A stretch of 64,000 nt of DNA from Octopus sinensis (taxonomy: Eukaryota). Of the stretch, positions 12,605 to 23,699 are shown piece after piece. The stretch spans positions 29,884,001 to 29,948,000 of the forward strand of contig NC_043001.1 of assembly GCF_006345805.1 (NCBI RefSeq). The letters are read 5' to 3'. How positions within the stretch are numbered: position 1 is the first letter of the stretch; each line of letters starts with the position of its first letter. Made by a program: the position numbers and the translations under genes. The notes below the pieces were generated by a model, which saw only the letters and a list, made by a program, of their open reading frames with translations, was not told the origin of the DNA and did no database searches.

Positions 12605-12825
12605 TATGGGTATTCAGCTCATGATCGTAAGGGGATGAGTTCGATTACCGGCGGAACGTTGTGTCATTGAGCAAGTACCTCTATTTCAAAGAGCCAGCTT
12701 TGTCATATTCTGTGCCACGCTGAGTCTCCCTGAGAACCACCTTAAGAGTATACGTGTCTGTGGAGTGCTCAGCAGGCTGTTTGAATCAACTGGAACCCTC
12801 GTCGTCGTAACCGACGGAGTGCCTG
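12605..12825 (+). mobile_element. Degenerate tRNA-derived SINE (family C/D-like)
   Basis: GAGTTCGATT B box; 3' part GTCTGTGGAGTGCTCAGC...GTCGTAACCGACGGAGTGC shared with family C. Confidence 0.65.
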
Positions 12826-12850
12826 CATTAGTGAATTATAGATTATATCT

Positions 12851-13240
12851 ATAGGCGCAGGAGTGGCTGTGTGGTAAGTAGCTTGTTTACCAACCACATG
12901 GTTCCGGGTTCAGTCCCACTGCGTGGCATCTTGGGCAAGTGTCTTCTGCTATAGCCCCGGGCCGACCAATGCCTTGTGAGTGGATTTGGTAGACGGAAAC
13001 TGAAAGAAGCCTGTCGGATATATGTATATATATATATGTATGTGTGTGTTTGTGTTTGTCCCCCTAGCATTTACGTGTGTTTATGTCCCCGTCACTTAGC
13101 GGTTCGGCAAAAGAGCCCGATAGAATAAGTACTGGGCTTACAAAGAATAAGTCCCGGGGTCGATTTGCTCGACTAAAGGCGGTGCTCCAGCATGGCCGCA
13201 GTCAAATGACTGAAACAAGTAAAAGAGTAAAAGAGTAAGA
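12851..13240 (+). mobile_element. SINE family B, full length
   Basis: Highly similar to 10814-11232. Confidence 0.9.
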
Positions 13241-14501
13241 GAGATTTCAGCTCTATGTAATTAACACGTGTAAAATTGTATCTTTCCAATAGATCTGCGC
13301 ACATGAAGAGAGAAATTAGCAATAGAGGGTTGTGACTTCACCAGTGACCGAGTAACTTCAGTTATTGCCCAGGAAAACAATACTTATTATTATTACTGCA
13401 CTATTACTAAGATTTTAAATCACTGGGTCTCATTTTTTTTTTTTTTTTGCGTCCTCATGCACTAGAGATCAAATAATAAAATAATGATTAACTCCCCGCA
13501 TTGCGTATTCAAAGTATTTTTTTAAAACCTGATCTTTTTATATGTATGTGTATATGTGTATGTGTGTCTGTCTGTATATATGCATATATGTATATATGTA
13601 TATATATGCATATTTGTATGCGCATACTCACATGTACATACATACATCTCACAAGTATTCTACATTGTACGCTGAGTCAGAATAAATATACGTGTACGAT
13701 TGTGTGAAAATATACACACAGTCTTTGACTGTATGAAGGAGAGACAAACGCAATGGGCAGCGACAGGAAAAGAAAATTTATTCTCATGTAGGTGTGTTTG
13801 AGAAATGAATAGACATGAACAAGAATGAAGTTACTACATCTGTTTTTATGTCAAGAATGATACAATTGTCAAGTCAGATTTTTTATGTATTTTGTTCGTT
13901 TTCGCAGTGCTTTTTGGCCTTTGACTGTGTGTTTTTGTGCGTTTATGAAAGAGAGGGGAAGAGGATTAGAGACAAATAAATAAAAAATGCTACTTTGACT
14001 TGGGTGTGAGCTTATATTTTATATAATACAGAATAGAGACATATAGCAAAGTTTAAAAGTAGCAAGAATCTTTTGTACCTTTTCTAGTTTGTATTTTTTC
14101 TTCTTTTTGGTGCGTAAACCTAAATGTAAGGTTATTCAGTTCTAACTTATACTCACCTACACAACCAGCCCAAATAATTTTGATAACTTCCTTACAAATA
14201 TTATTCCTTCTAACTTATTTTAGATAATTTTTAGAAGAATATTTTCTTGGTTTGTCTCTGTTTTATTATTTCGTGCTTTTTTTTTTTTTTCATTCTTAAT
14301 GTTCCTTAGCATTTTGATTTTTTTCGACAAGGTCCAGTTTTAAATATCTTAGCAGAATACCGATAATTTTCCGCTAGTTTATATATATATATAATACATA
14401 TTTATTTATATTAAGGGCATTATATATATATATTATATATAATATATATATATATAATTAAAAATGAGGGTGTCTAAAGACACCAACATGCCGAAATAGG
14501 C

Positions 14502-14535
<34 letters not shown>

Positions 14536-14681
14536 ACACGTACGTATATATATATATATATCTATATATATATATTATATATAATATATATATAATATTA
14601 TATATATATATATATATATGTATATGTCAAATTTTCCGTTTGTTGCATTTTTATTTAATCCTGAATACATATATTATATAA

Positions 14682-14890
14682 ATACAGTGTACATATAAAC
14701 ACATGAGGAATCCACTCGTGGGATTCAACACACTAGAAAGAACAGCTTGATTCCATAACCACAAAATTAGGTATAAAATTCGTTCCTGTCGAATTTTATC
14801 CCTAATTTTGTGGTTATGGAACCTAGCTGTTCTTTCTAGCGTGTTGAATCCCACGAGTGGATTCCTCATGTGTTTATATGTACACTGTAT
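14682..14890. repeat. About 210-bp inverted repeat (MITE-like)
   Basis: ATACAGTGTACATATAAACACATGAGGAATCC... mirrored by ...GGATTCCTCATGTGTTTATATGTACACTGTAT. Confidence 0.85.
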
Positions 14891-14964
14891 CTTATGACTA
14901 ATACATAGTCTTTTTACTAAATTTTTACACGTTAGGCTACTGGAAATGAAAATTTTAATTAATT

Positions 14965-15312
14965 TCCATTTCCCTTTGATAAGTATTATATATGTAGGAC
15001 AAGATACTGTGATAGTCTGGGCTTCAGAGGTCCACAGCTCTTCAATATCCTCCCGAAGGACCTGAGAGACCTGCATGGGGTGGATGCAGATGTCTTTAAA
15101 ATAAAACTGGATCTCTTCCTGTCAGGTGTCCCAGATGAACCAACTTCACGGCAAGAGGTGCAGATGAGGGCAGCTCTCATGCACTCTCATGCACTCTCTC
15201 ATGCACCAAATGGCAATTGCTAAAAAGCATTCGTGAAGTAAAATCATGTAACAACACTGAATGGTGGTGCCCCAGCATGGCCACAGCACATGAGCTGATG
15301 AACTAGATAAAA
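14965..15312 (+). mobile_element. CR1-clade LINE 3' end
   Basis: GPQLFNILPKDLRDLHGVDADVFKIKLDLFLSGVPDEPT followed by the tail GGTGCCCCAGCATGGCCACAG. Confidence 0.8.
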
Positions 15313-15724
15313 TATTATATATATATATTATATATATATATAATATATATATATGTTGAGGACTAATTGGTAGCTGAGGCACAAAATGAATAATTTCTGT
15401 TTTCTCGTTATTTTCTCCCTACCTGTTTCAAACCATTACATTGCAAATATTGCATCATCATTTTGTACTGTTACATCATCTTTGGCAGTAAAAAATTGAT
15501 CACCACAGTTGTGGCTGAAGCTGATAGAGTTTGAAATATAGTTATGTGACGGTACTTATTTTTCGAGGAATTTTGCCTCAACTTTGACCCTATTGCAATT
15601 GAAGCTGCTAATAAAATATCTGGATAATTTTTGGTGCTTAACAATCGATAGTATCAGCTATAAGCACGCATGCGCAGAAGGGAATGACAATAATGAAAAT
15701 ATGTCATGGCAAAGTGCGAATAAC

Positions 15725-15776
<52 letters not shown>

Positions 15777-15997
15777 CTGCGTGTGTATCGTTAGCGATTT
15801 TTTTCCTCCGTCTTCCCTTCCTTGGATCTTTCCTTCATCTGTACACAAAGTGATGGCAGTTATTGATTACATTGTAATAGAAGTAACTGATGTCTATAAT
15901 ATCAACGATTGATGAAATGAGCTTTAAGATCAATAAATCCGCGCTATTGACAAATATACAAGGAACCGTTTTTTATGACTTATGGATTCTTTGACAA

Positions 15998-16000
15998 CTA

Positions 16001-16032
<32 letters not shown>

Positions 16033-16296
16033 CACATACATGCATACATACATACGTACATACATACATACGTACGTACGTACGTACGTACATACATACA
16101 TACATACATACATACATACATACATACATACATACATACAGGCACACGCATACATATATACATACATACACACACATACATACATACATATACACATACA
16201 TGCATACATACATACGTACATACATACATACATACGTACATACGTACATACGTACATACATACATACATACATACATACATACATACATACATACA
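15998..16296. repeat. (TACA)n microsatellite
   Basis: Seen directly; lies at the 3' end of the adjacent RTE-type element. Confidence 0.95.
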
Positions 16297-16850
16297 TGGT
16301 GGCTGCCCCCTCGTTATCGAGTATGGCCATTGCACGAAGCTTAATCAATGTTGTTATCGTGCAATGCCTGTGCAAGAGGATTTTTTTTTTAAGTGAGGAA
16401 AGGCTGTGCACTGAGTCAATCCACTCACTAAGCAACAGCAGCCATAATCCGAAAAGAAGAACAAGTCAACATCATCGGTAACCACTGAGCCGCAGGTTTT
16501 ATATCGGGGTTATCCCAGTTACCTGAGTTACCTTCTCCTAGAAGGATGCCCTAACAAAGGCTAGGAATCCTTCACTCCCAATGATTTAACCGCGCGATCG
16601 GGTATTCAGTCTGATTATTTCTATGTCCCCGCGCATGATACAGCCTTAAGACATTTATTGGATGGCCGTTGACTCTCGAGAGTTCCTCCGCCCTTTGACG
16701 GGTTTTGTTTTTTATCCCACAGGGTGTCCAATAAACACCCTCCTCACCAAGCAAGCTTGGTGGGGTTGCCGGTTTAGTCACCGACGACCCAACTATGCAA
16801 CAGGTTGTACTGGGTTACATGTTACAAGTAGCACTCAAAAGTGACCTGAC
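16296..16850 (-). mobile_element. Short RTE-type non-autonomous retroelement
   Basis: 3' end GGCTGCCCCCTCGTTATCGAGTATGGCC is shared with the RTE at 35325; TTCTCCTAGAAGG...GGCT resembles RTE 5' UTRs. Confidence 0.55.
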
Positions 16851-17172
16851 ACATACATACATACATACATACATACATACATACATACATACATACTACA
16901 GGTTGGAGTGTGTTTTTGAGCGACTCCAGGCCAATCAGTTGATTAACCTATCTTTGAATGTATAAGTAGTTGCTGCACTGTTCCAGATGTGGACAGTATA
17001 TATTCATCCCATGCTTCATCTGAGCTTTGTAGAGTGTCAGTAATTGATGTAGTGGTGACATTTAAAGTGTTTTCTGTCCCAGAAAAGAAAGGCCAAGTTT
17101 GAGATGTAGGTTTTGCTTTGTTAAGGAAATGAGTTCACCAGGAGAGATACTTAGTGTCGAGGAGGCCTAGCA

Positions 17173-17213
<41 letters not shown>

Positions 17214-17449
17214 TGTGTGTGTGTAATGATACGTAAAAGTAAGATCCAAGGACTCCGGTGTAGGAAGTTAGTAAGCTTCTAGCAGTCCGTAGAAAGTATA
17301 AAAACACAACTCTCAAGAACAATAGTGCTTTATTGACGTAGAAGGTTGTAAATTCTTCCCATATCGAAGTAGATTAGCCGAAAAAAGTTATTTTATAGTT
17401 CATGGTTGGCAACTAGGATTGCTATGTATGCGAATAAAAATTCAAATTT

Positions 17450-17783
17450 AGGGAATGGACCAGGTAAAATCCAGGTTATATTTATTTCCAAGCTAGCAGA
17501 ACCTCAGAAGTAGTAATTACTCAACGAGGAGTACTCTACTAGCTGTTTATCAGACCGAAGATATTTTAGTTAAATGAAGGGTACTTTCGTCAAGGGTTCC
17601 CAAGTTAACTCGCAGGAGATACTAATGTATCTTCGGCCTGATGAGTAGCTAGTGGAGTAGCTTTCGTTCAGTAATTACTACTTCCGAGGTTTCGCTAGCT
17701 AGGAAACATATATAGCTTGGACTTAGGAAATGGAGCTGGTAAAATCCAAGCTATATGTTTCCTAGCTAGCAAAACCTCGGAAG

Positions 17784-17785
<2 letters not shown>
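17450..17785. repeat. Three alternately oriented copies of a hammerhead-containing repeat (fourth partial copy at 18365-18420)
   Basis: Unit CTGATGA GTAGCTAG...CTAGCTAG GAAAC in -,+,- orientation. Confidence 0.7.
17635..17720 (+). ncRNA. Type I hammerhead-like motif with extended stem II
   Basis: GGC-CUGAUGA-GUAGCUAG...CUAGCUAG-GAAAC-AUAUAUA-GCU; the 18380 copy has the canonical ACAUGU/GUA site. Confidence 0.5.
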
Positions 17786-17832
<47 letters not shown>

Positions 17833-17839
17833 ATGTAAA

Positions 17840-17940
17840 AGTAAAAAATATTACAAACTGGGACAAGAACGTGAAACATTTAGAAGACGACACAAAAAAC
17901 ACGGACGGGACATTCGAAGCCCTCAATCATCAGTCAAGAA
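17840..17940 (-). mobile_element. Penelope-type terminal repeat fragment (same family as 27140, 30790, 33280)
   Basis: TACAAACTGGGACAAGAAC...GGACATTCGAAGCCCTCAATCATCAGTCAAGA. Confidence 0.7.
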
Positions 17941-17978
17941 CATATATATATATAATATATATATATATATATACATAT

Positions 17979-18262
17979 GTAGGCGCAGGATGGTCTGTGT
18001 GGTAAGTAGCTTGCTTACCAGCCACATATGGTTCCGGGTTCAGTCCCACTGCGTGGCACGTTGGGCAAGTATCTTCTACTATAGCCTCGGGCCGTCCAAA
18101 GCCTTGTGAGTGGATTTGGTAGACGCAACTTGGCGGTTTGGCAAAAGACACCGACAGAATAAGTACTAGGCTTACAAAGAATAAGTCCTAGAGTCCATTC
18201 GTTCGACTAGAGACAGTGTTCCAGCATGACCGCAGTCAAATGACTGAAACAAGTAAAAGAAT
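17979..18262 (+). mobile_element. SINE family B, internally deleted
   Basis: Head and tail motifs present, middle missing. Confidence 0.85.
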
Positions 18263-18267
18263 ATGTT

Positions 18268-18315
<48 letters not shown>

Positions 18316-18458
18316 AACGCACCACCACCCACCCAGACACACACACACACATACACGGAGTAAGATAAGATCCGGGCTACATGTTTCATAGCGAGCGGAA
18401 CCTCGGAAGTGGTAAATATCTAAGCAAGGTGTATACCACAGGCTACTCGTCAGATCAA

Positions 18459-18658
18459 GGGTGGCGAGCTGGCAGACACGTTAGCACGCCGGGCGAAATG
18501 CTTAGCGGTATTTCGTCTGTCGTTACGTTCTGAGTTCAAATTCCGCCGAGGTCAACTTTGCCTTTCATCTTTTCGGGGGTCGATATAATCGTCTCAATCC
18601 CTTCGTCTGTCCTTGTTTGTCCCCTCTATGTTTAGCCCCTTGTGGGCAGTAAAGAAAT
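18459..18658 (+). mobile_element. SINE family A monomer
   Basis: GGTGGCGAGCTGGCAG...GAGTTCAAATTCC...GTAAAGAAATA. Confidence 0.9.
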
Positions 18659-19458
18659 ATATATTGACTGAATGGAAGTTTACATTGTCGCAAGTAGGAA
18701 CATGATAGCACATAGAAGATTCGATCCGAGTGTGTAGAGAGCACAGTAAGGATAAAAAAAATGAATCACCTTCTTACACTCTCAAGTGCTCCATTGTCAC
18801 CCACCCCAAAACAATACAGCGGTATAATAACAAATGTGATCTTTACATAGCCGAGGTCTTGGCTATTATGTAATCCACGGATTGTCTTAATGAACGCAGC
18901 AGAATAATTTTTACCTGTAAACATCGATCTCTAAGTCTATTCTCAAAATACAAATAACAACACCCACGCCGCATCTTTTCCCTTTGCTTTCTTAAACTTT
19001 TCACCCTTATTTACCCTCACTACCACCACATATTTAACCACCTATATATTCCCATTATTCTATCTCTAATTCCTTATTATCATTTATATATACTTCTAGC
19101 TTTACCTTTCCTCACCACATAAAACTCGTTTTTTCTCTTATTCCACATGCCTCACCGCTCCTACCCCGCCTCCTTTTGTATACTTACAAGCACATACGCC
19201 CACATACACATCTACTACTTCATACTGTAAACACGCTCACAGCACACAACAATATACATTCTTTATTTGATAGTCAGTAGTAGTCACTACAATTCTACTC
19301 CCTTCTCTCTCGATTTCCAATTACAATCCCATCCCATCCCTTCATGTATACTTTTTTCTTCCTCTTGTCCACAAATATTTCCTCACCCCCTTTCCTTCAC
19401 ATTATCTTTTTTTTCCAAATACCACTCCCCTTGCTCATTCTTGTGATTACTCATTACT

Positions 19459-19558
19459 NNNNNNNNNNNNNNNNNNNNNNNNNNNNNNNNNNNNNNNNNN
19501 NNNNNNNNNNNNNNNNNNNNNNNNNNNNNNNNNNNNNNNNNNNNNNNNNNNNNNNNNN
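19459..19558. other. Assembly gap (100 N)
   Basis: Run of N. Confidence 1.
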
Positions 19559-20019
19559 CTGGTTTATGCACCTGACATATGCTAACGTGTATGTAGCCAG
19601 CCTTTTCACATTCTATCCCCACAATCCAATGTTTTTGCTAGAACCTCAAAAGTAAATGGTTTATAACTTGGCGGAAACGAGAAGCGGAAAATCCAGGTCT
19701 CCTTCACCTGAAATGTGTCTTGTTGAGTTTAGCAGAAACGAGAGTCGACAAAGACTGATTTCATTAGTGTGTGATCTGAAGGAGGTGTAACTACTATTTC
19801 TATCCGGTATAGCTCATTTTTCACCTCTAATCGAACATACGATGAACTGTATTCTCGCCGTGTTCCTCCCGTTTCTTCCCCTTGACACAAAACATAGTGC
19901 ACAGAGGATCACACCCTTAAAATTATATCATAAATACCCACCACCGTCACGAATAACTGAATTTGTGAGAATTGATGTCGGGGTGAAGAATCAAAATTTC
20001 TTAAGGTTAAAACTTATAA

Positions 20020-20325
20020 AAGGGTAAAGACCCCCTTCGGTCACGAATGACCATGGGATTGCACCGAGAAAGTAACCCCCATGCGAGGCACAAATCCGGG
20101 CAAGCTTGTTTGTGGAAGACCAGCAGTCGTCCGTGTATGCCTGTCTTCCCTCTTCATGCCACTGACGTTGCCCAAGGGATAGGCAAAGATCGATACAGCT
20201 TGGCACCAACTCATTTCTACAGCTGAGTGAACTGGAGCAACGTGAAATAAACTGTCTTCCTCATGGACACAGCACACAGATCGGTCTGAGAATCGAACTC
20301 ACAGTCACATGATTGTAAGCCCGAA
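20020..20325 (-). mobile_element. tRNA-derived SINE family D
   Basis: Reverse complement matches the 54172-54480 element (GAGTTCGATTC B box, TTTCACGTTGCTCCAGTTCACTCAGCTGTAGAAATGAG). Confidence 0.75.
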
Positions 20326-20463
20326 TTCACAAAAAAAAAAAAGATCGAAAGAACTCAAAAATCCAAAGGTCACGACTGACTCTGTATTCAGGAATGGAAA
20401 AAAAAAACATGGGACTGACGGGAATGAAAAAATGGGATTTCCGAAACAAAAGGTATAGAATCG

Positions 20464-21211
20464 GGATCTTTACCTTTTGACCTACAGATTTAAAAAGTAA
20501 TTTTTTTGTAACTAAACACTTTCAAACTTTGTATACTGGTAGAATGTGTCATATAAAACACCTTTTACTCTTAGCGTTTTTGAGAAAAGTTTATGTTTAT
20601 AAAGATATTTCGTGTTGAAGTTCTCGTATTTCGGTAATTTCAACCAATCAATGACGTGTATTCAGTTGAATAAAGTTACTGCCGTTGTTTGTCAACAACA
20701 ACTATCGGCGGTGTATTTTTCGATTGTCACTGTTATTTATGACATCGTTCGTGCGTTTGTACTGGTTTTAACTTTAAGGTTTTAGGGTTAGGGTTTTAGC
20801 GTTAGGGTTTTAGGGTTACGGTTAGGATTTTAGGTTAGGGGGTTAGGATTAGGGTTTTAGGGTTAGAGGGTTAGGGTTAGGGTTTTGGGGTTAGAGTTAA
20901 GGTTTTAGGGTTAGGGCTTTAGAGTTAGGGTTGTCATAAATAACAGTGACAAACGAAATATACACCGCCGGAAGTTCTTGTTGACAAACAACAGCAGTAA
21001 TTTTATTCAGCTGAATACATCACTGATTGGTTGAAGTTACCAAATACGACAACTTTAACGTGAAATAACTTCCTAAATATAAGCTTTTCTCAAAAACGTT
21101 AAGAGTAAAAGATGTTTTATATGACACATTCTACCAGTGTCCAAAGTTTGAAAGTGTTTAGTTACAAAAAAAATTATTTTTTAAATCTGTAGGTCAAAAA
21201 GGTAAAGATCC
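20464..21211. mobile_element. Merlin-like foldback non-autonomous element with central TTAGGG-variant array
   Basis: TIR GGATCTTT...AAAGATCC; 8-bp TSD TAGAATCG (20456-20463, 21212-21219); arms of about 280 bp. Confidence 0.8.
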
Positions 21212-21428
21212 TAGAATCGTAAATTTCTGCGTTTCAAACATATGATTTAAAACCTAGAAAATACGTCGAAAAGGGAAAACAATAACGGCTGGTTGCGTAA
21301 TTTGAAATCGTTAGGGAATGGATTCCGATTAAAACTCGAGAGAAAAAAATGGACAAGTAAAAAACAGGTTTTGCAGAATCAAATATCTTCAATGATTAAT
21401 ACGAGACAACTCCGAATAAATTATAAAA

Positions 21429-21475
<47 letters not shown>

Positions 21476-21644
21476 ATATTACAGGGTGGGGCTGCTTACT
21501 ACAGAGCTTCACCAACTGCGTCATCAGTTGTCTTTCCAGCTGACAAGTTCAGGTTGACAAAAAAATTCTTTTTTTTTTCTTTGTTGACTATTCATACCCG
21601 CATTAATTTCGCATGCATGATCACATTCTTTACCTCGCTCTCCA

Positions 21645-21699
<55 letters not shown>

Positions 21700-22037
21700 A
21701 TTCTCTCATACTTTCTCTTTATTCCTTTCTCTCGCTTTGTATTAGTTTCTGTATATATGTCTCCATAAATGCACACAAATACACACATATGCACACCAAC
21801 CAACCAACCCACATAATATATATCGTATTTATATTATAGATTATAAACACACACACACATGAATGCGTATGTATATGTATTATATATTAAAAATATCAGA
21901 TACATATAAGCAGTATATGCTCTGTTTGGTGTGTGTGTGTGAGCATTAATTATATACTATAAATATACATTATGTGTATATACGTTATATATATATATAT
22001 ATATATATAGGTTTTATATATATATATAACGTATAGA

Positions 22038-22134
<97 letters not shown>

Positions 22135-22225
22135 ATATATATTATATGTTATATATATATATATATATAGGTTTTATATATATATAAACGTAGATATATA
22201 TATTATATATATATAATATATATAT

Positions 22226-22256
<31 letters not shown>

Positions 22257-22262
<6 letters not shown>

Positions 22263-23369
22263 CTGAAAAACCTAAACCTTGTGTACATATACGCACTCTA
22301 ACTTGAGTCAAGGAGGTCTATATAACGTCCTTGGTTTGTAAAAATGTATATGGCAACGTCCTTTATTATTATTATGTAACATAATGCAAATGTGAAACTT
22401 TTTTGTTCATTTCTTTTGCAGAAAATAAAGAAATAACAGTAATAACGTCAGTGAAAAATAAATATTAAGTAAATTGCCTTTACATATTTATCACTAACAG
22501 TTACAAAAGCAAAAGCAAAAACATTTATTCAAATCCTACAAATTCAACGTCACTTTCAGCATCAAATAACTGTTCCATTTGTTCCTCCGTAAACATGTCA
22601 GCATCATTGTAGTGTGAATCTCCGTCATCGTCAGATTCATAGTCAACATCAGAAGACTCACTTTCATTTATTTCATCTTTCCATACAACGTCATCCTGGG
22701 TACCAACCAAAGGCAGACGATACACAACATTTGATAAAACTTTTCACAATAATCTGAGGATCAAGTTCATTCCATGCATACACGATCCATTTGCATATCA
22801 AAGTCAGGTCGGGAGCACGAACCCTTCCACGTTTAGTAAACGATTTTATACCTTGACATAAAGTTACTGGCCCAGCCACGTGATGCTTTAAATTCTGACT
22901 CATTAAGGTTTATGTTTTTAGCAATGAATTTTGCCTGTAGCCTTAAGTGTACTGTATTAATGGCTATTCCACCAAGTCTTCTTTCCTCTGGCCATTCAAG
23001 CAAAATTTTTTCAAGCTCAGGATGTTTGGCTTTTTTCCCCCTTCTTGCTGTTATATGGGAATGTAAATATGTTTGTAAACTATTTTTGTTATATGTTATT
23101 CTGTGTTCTGAATACTTTTATTTTAATAAATGTTGCTTATTGCAAGTTATGGATGATTCTTTTATGACTTCATTGCTATCAGGCTTAGCTTAAGGTATTT
23201 TCGCGCCCGACATCACAAAATGCGTCTGAATAAACATTGCCGGACAGCAAATAGAAACTCGGACATTGCTTGGAAAATATATTTCATTTTTAACCTCGTA
23301 TACAGTATGCACTAGGGATTTTAACGTTTAAATTTTGGTGGAAAATGCGGATTATACTCGAGGATTTAC

Positions 23370-23371
<2 letters not shown>
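22257..23371 (-). mobile_element. Internally deleted pogo transposon
   Basis: Reverse strand EKAKHPELEKILLEW (CENP-B-type HTH), TKRGRVRAPDLTLICKWIVYAW (DDE C-terminal region) and acidic tail; right TIR TATACTCGAGGATTTACGG+TA; left end lost in (TA)n. Confidence 0.85.
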
Positions 23372-23426
<55 letters not shown>

Positions 23427-23546
23427 ATATATATATATATATATATATATAACGTGAAGCTTTATGAAAATAAACAAAAGACGAAGGCAGGTGGAGTACA
23501 AACAAACAATTGTATTAGTAGGCGCTCAGGAATATAATAAAACAAG

Positions 23547-23584
23547 TCTTTTACGTTTCGAGCCTACGCTCTTCAACAGAAAGA
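23547..23584 (-). ncRNA. Minimal type I hammerhead motif in a Penelope-type terminal repeat (23450-23610)
   Basis: UCUUU-CUGUUGA-A-GAGC(GUAG)GCUC-GAAAC-GUA-AAAGA. Confidence 0.7.
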
Positions 23585-23642
23585 TACACAGAAAAGAAAC
23601 ACGGAGATATATATATATACATATATATATATGAGTGTATGC

Positions 23643-23676
<34 letters not shown>

Positions 23677-23699
23677 CATACGTACATACATACATACAT

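Noticed and set aside
16740-16850. HDV-like ribozyme at the RTE-type 5' end
   Set aside because: Only simple hairpins found; no nested double pseudoknot could be built.
19660-19860. Hammerhead from CTGAA/GAAACG motifs
   Set aside because: No stem II or stem I pairing.
20776-20932. True telomere or chromosome-fusion scar
   Set aside because: The array is degenerate and enclosed within a TIR/TSD-bounded element.
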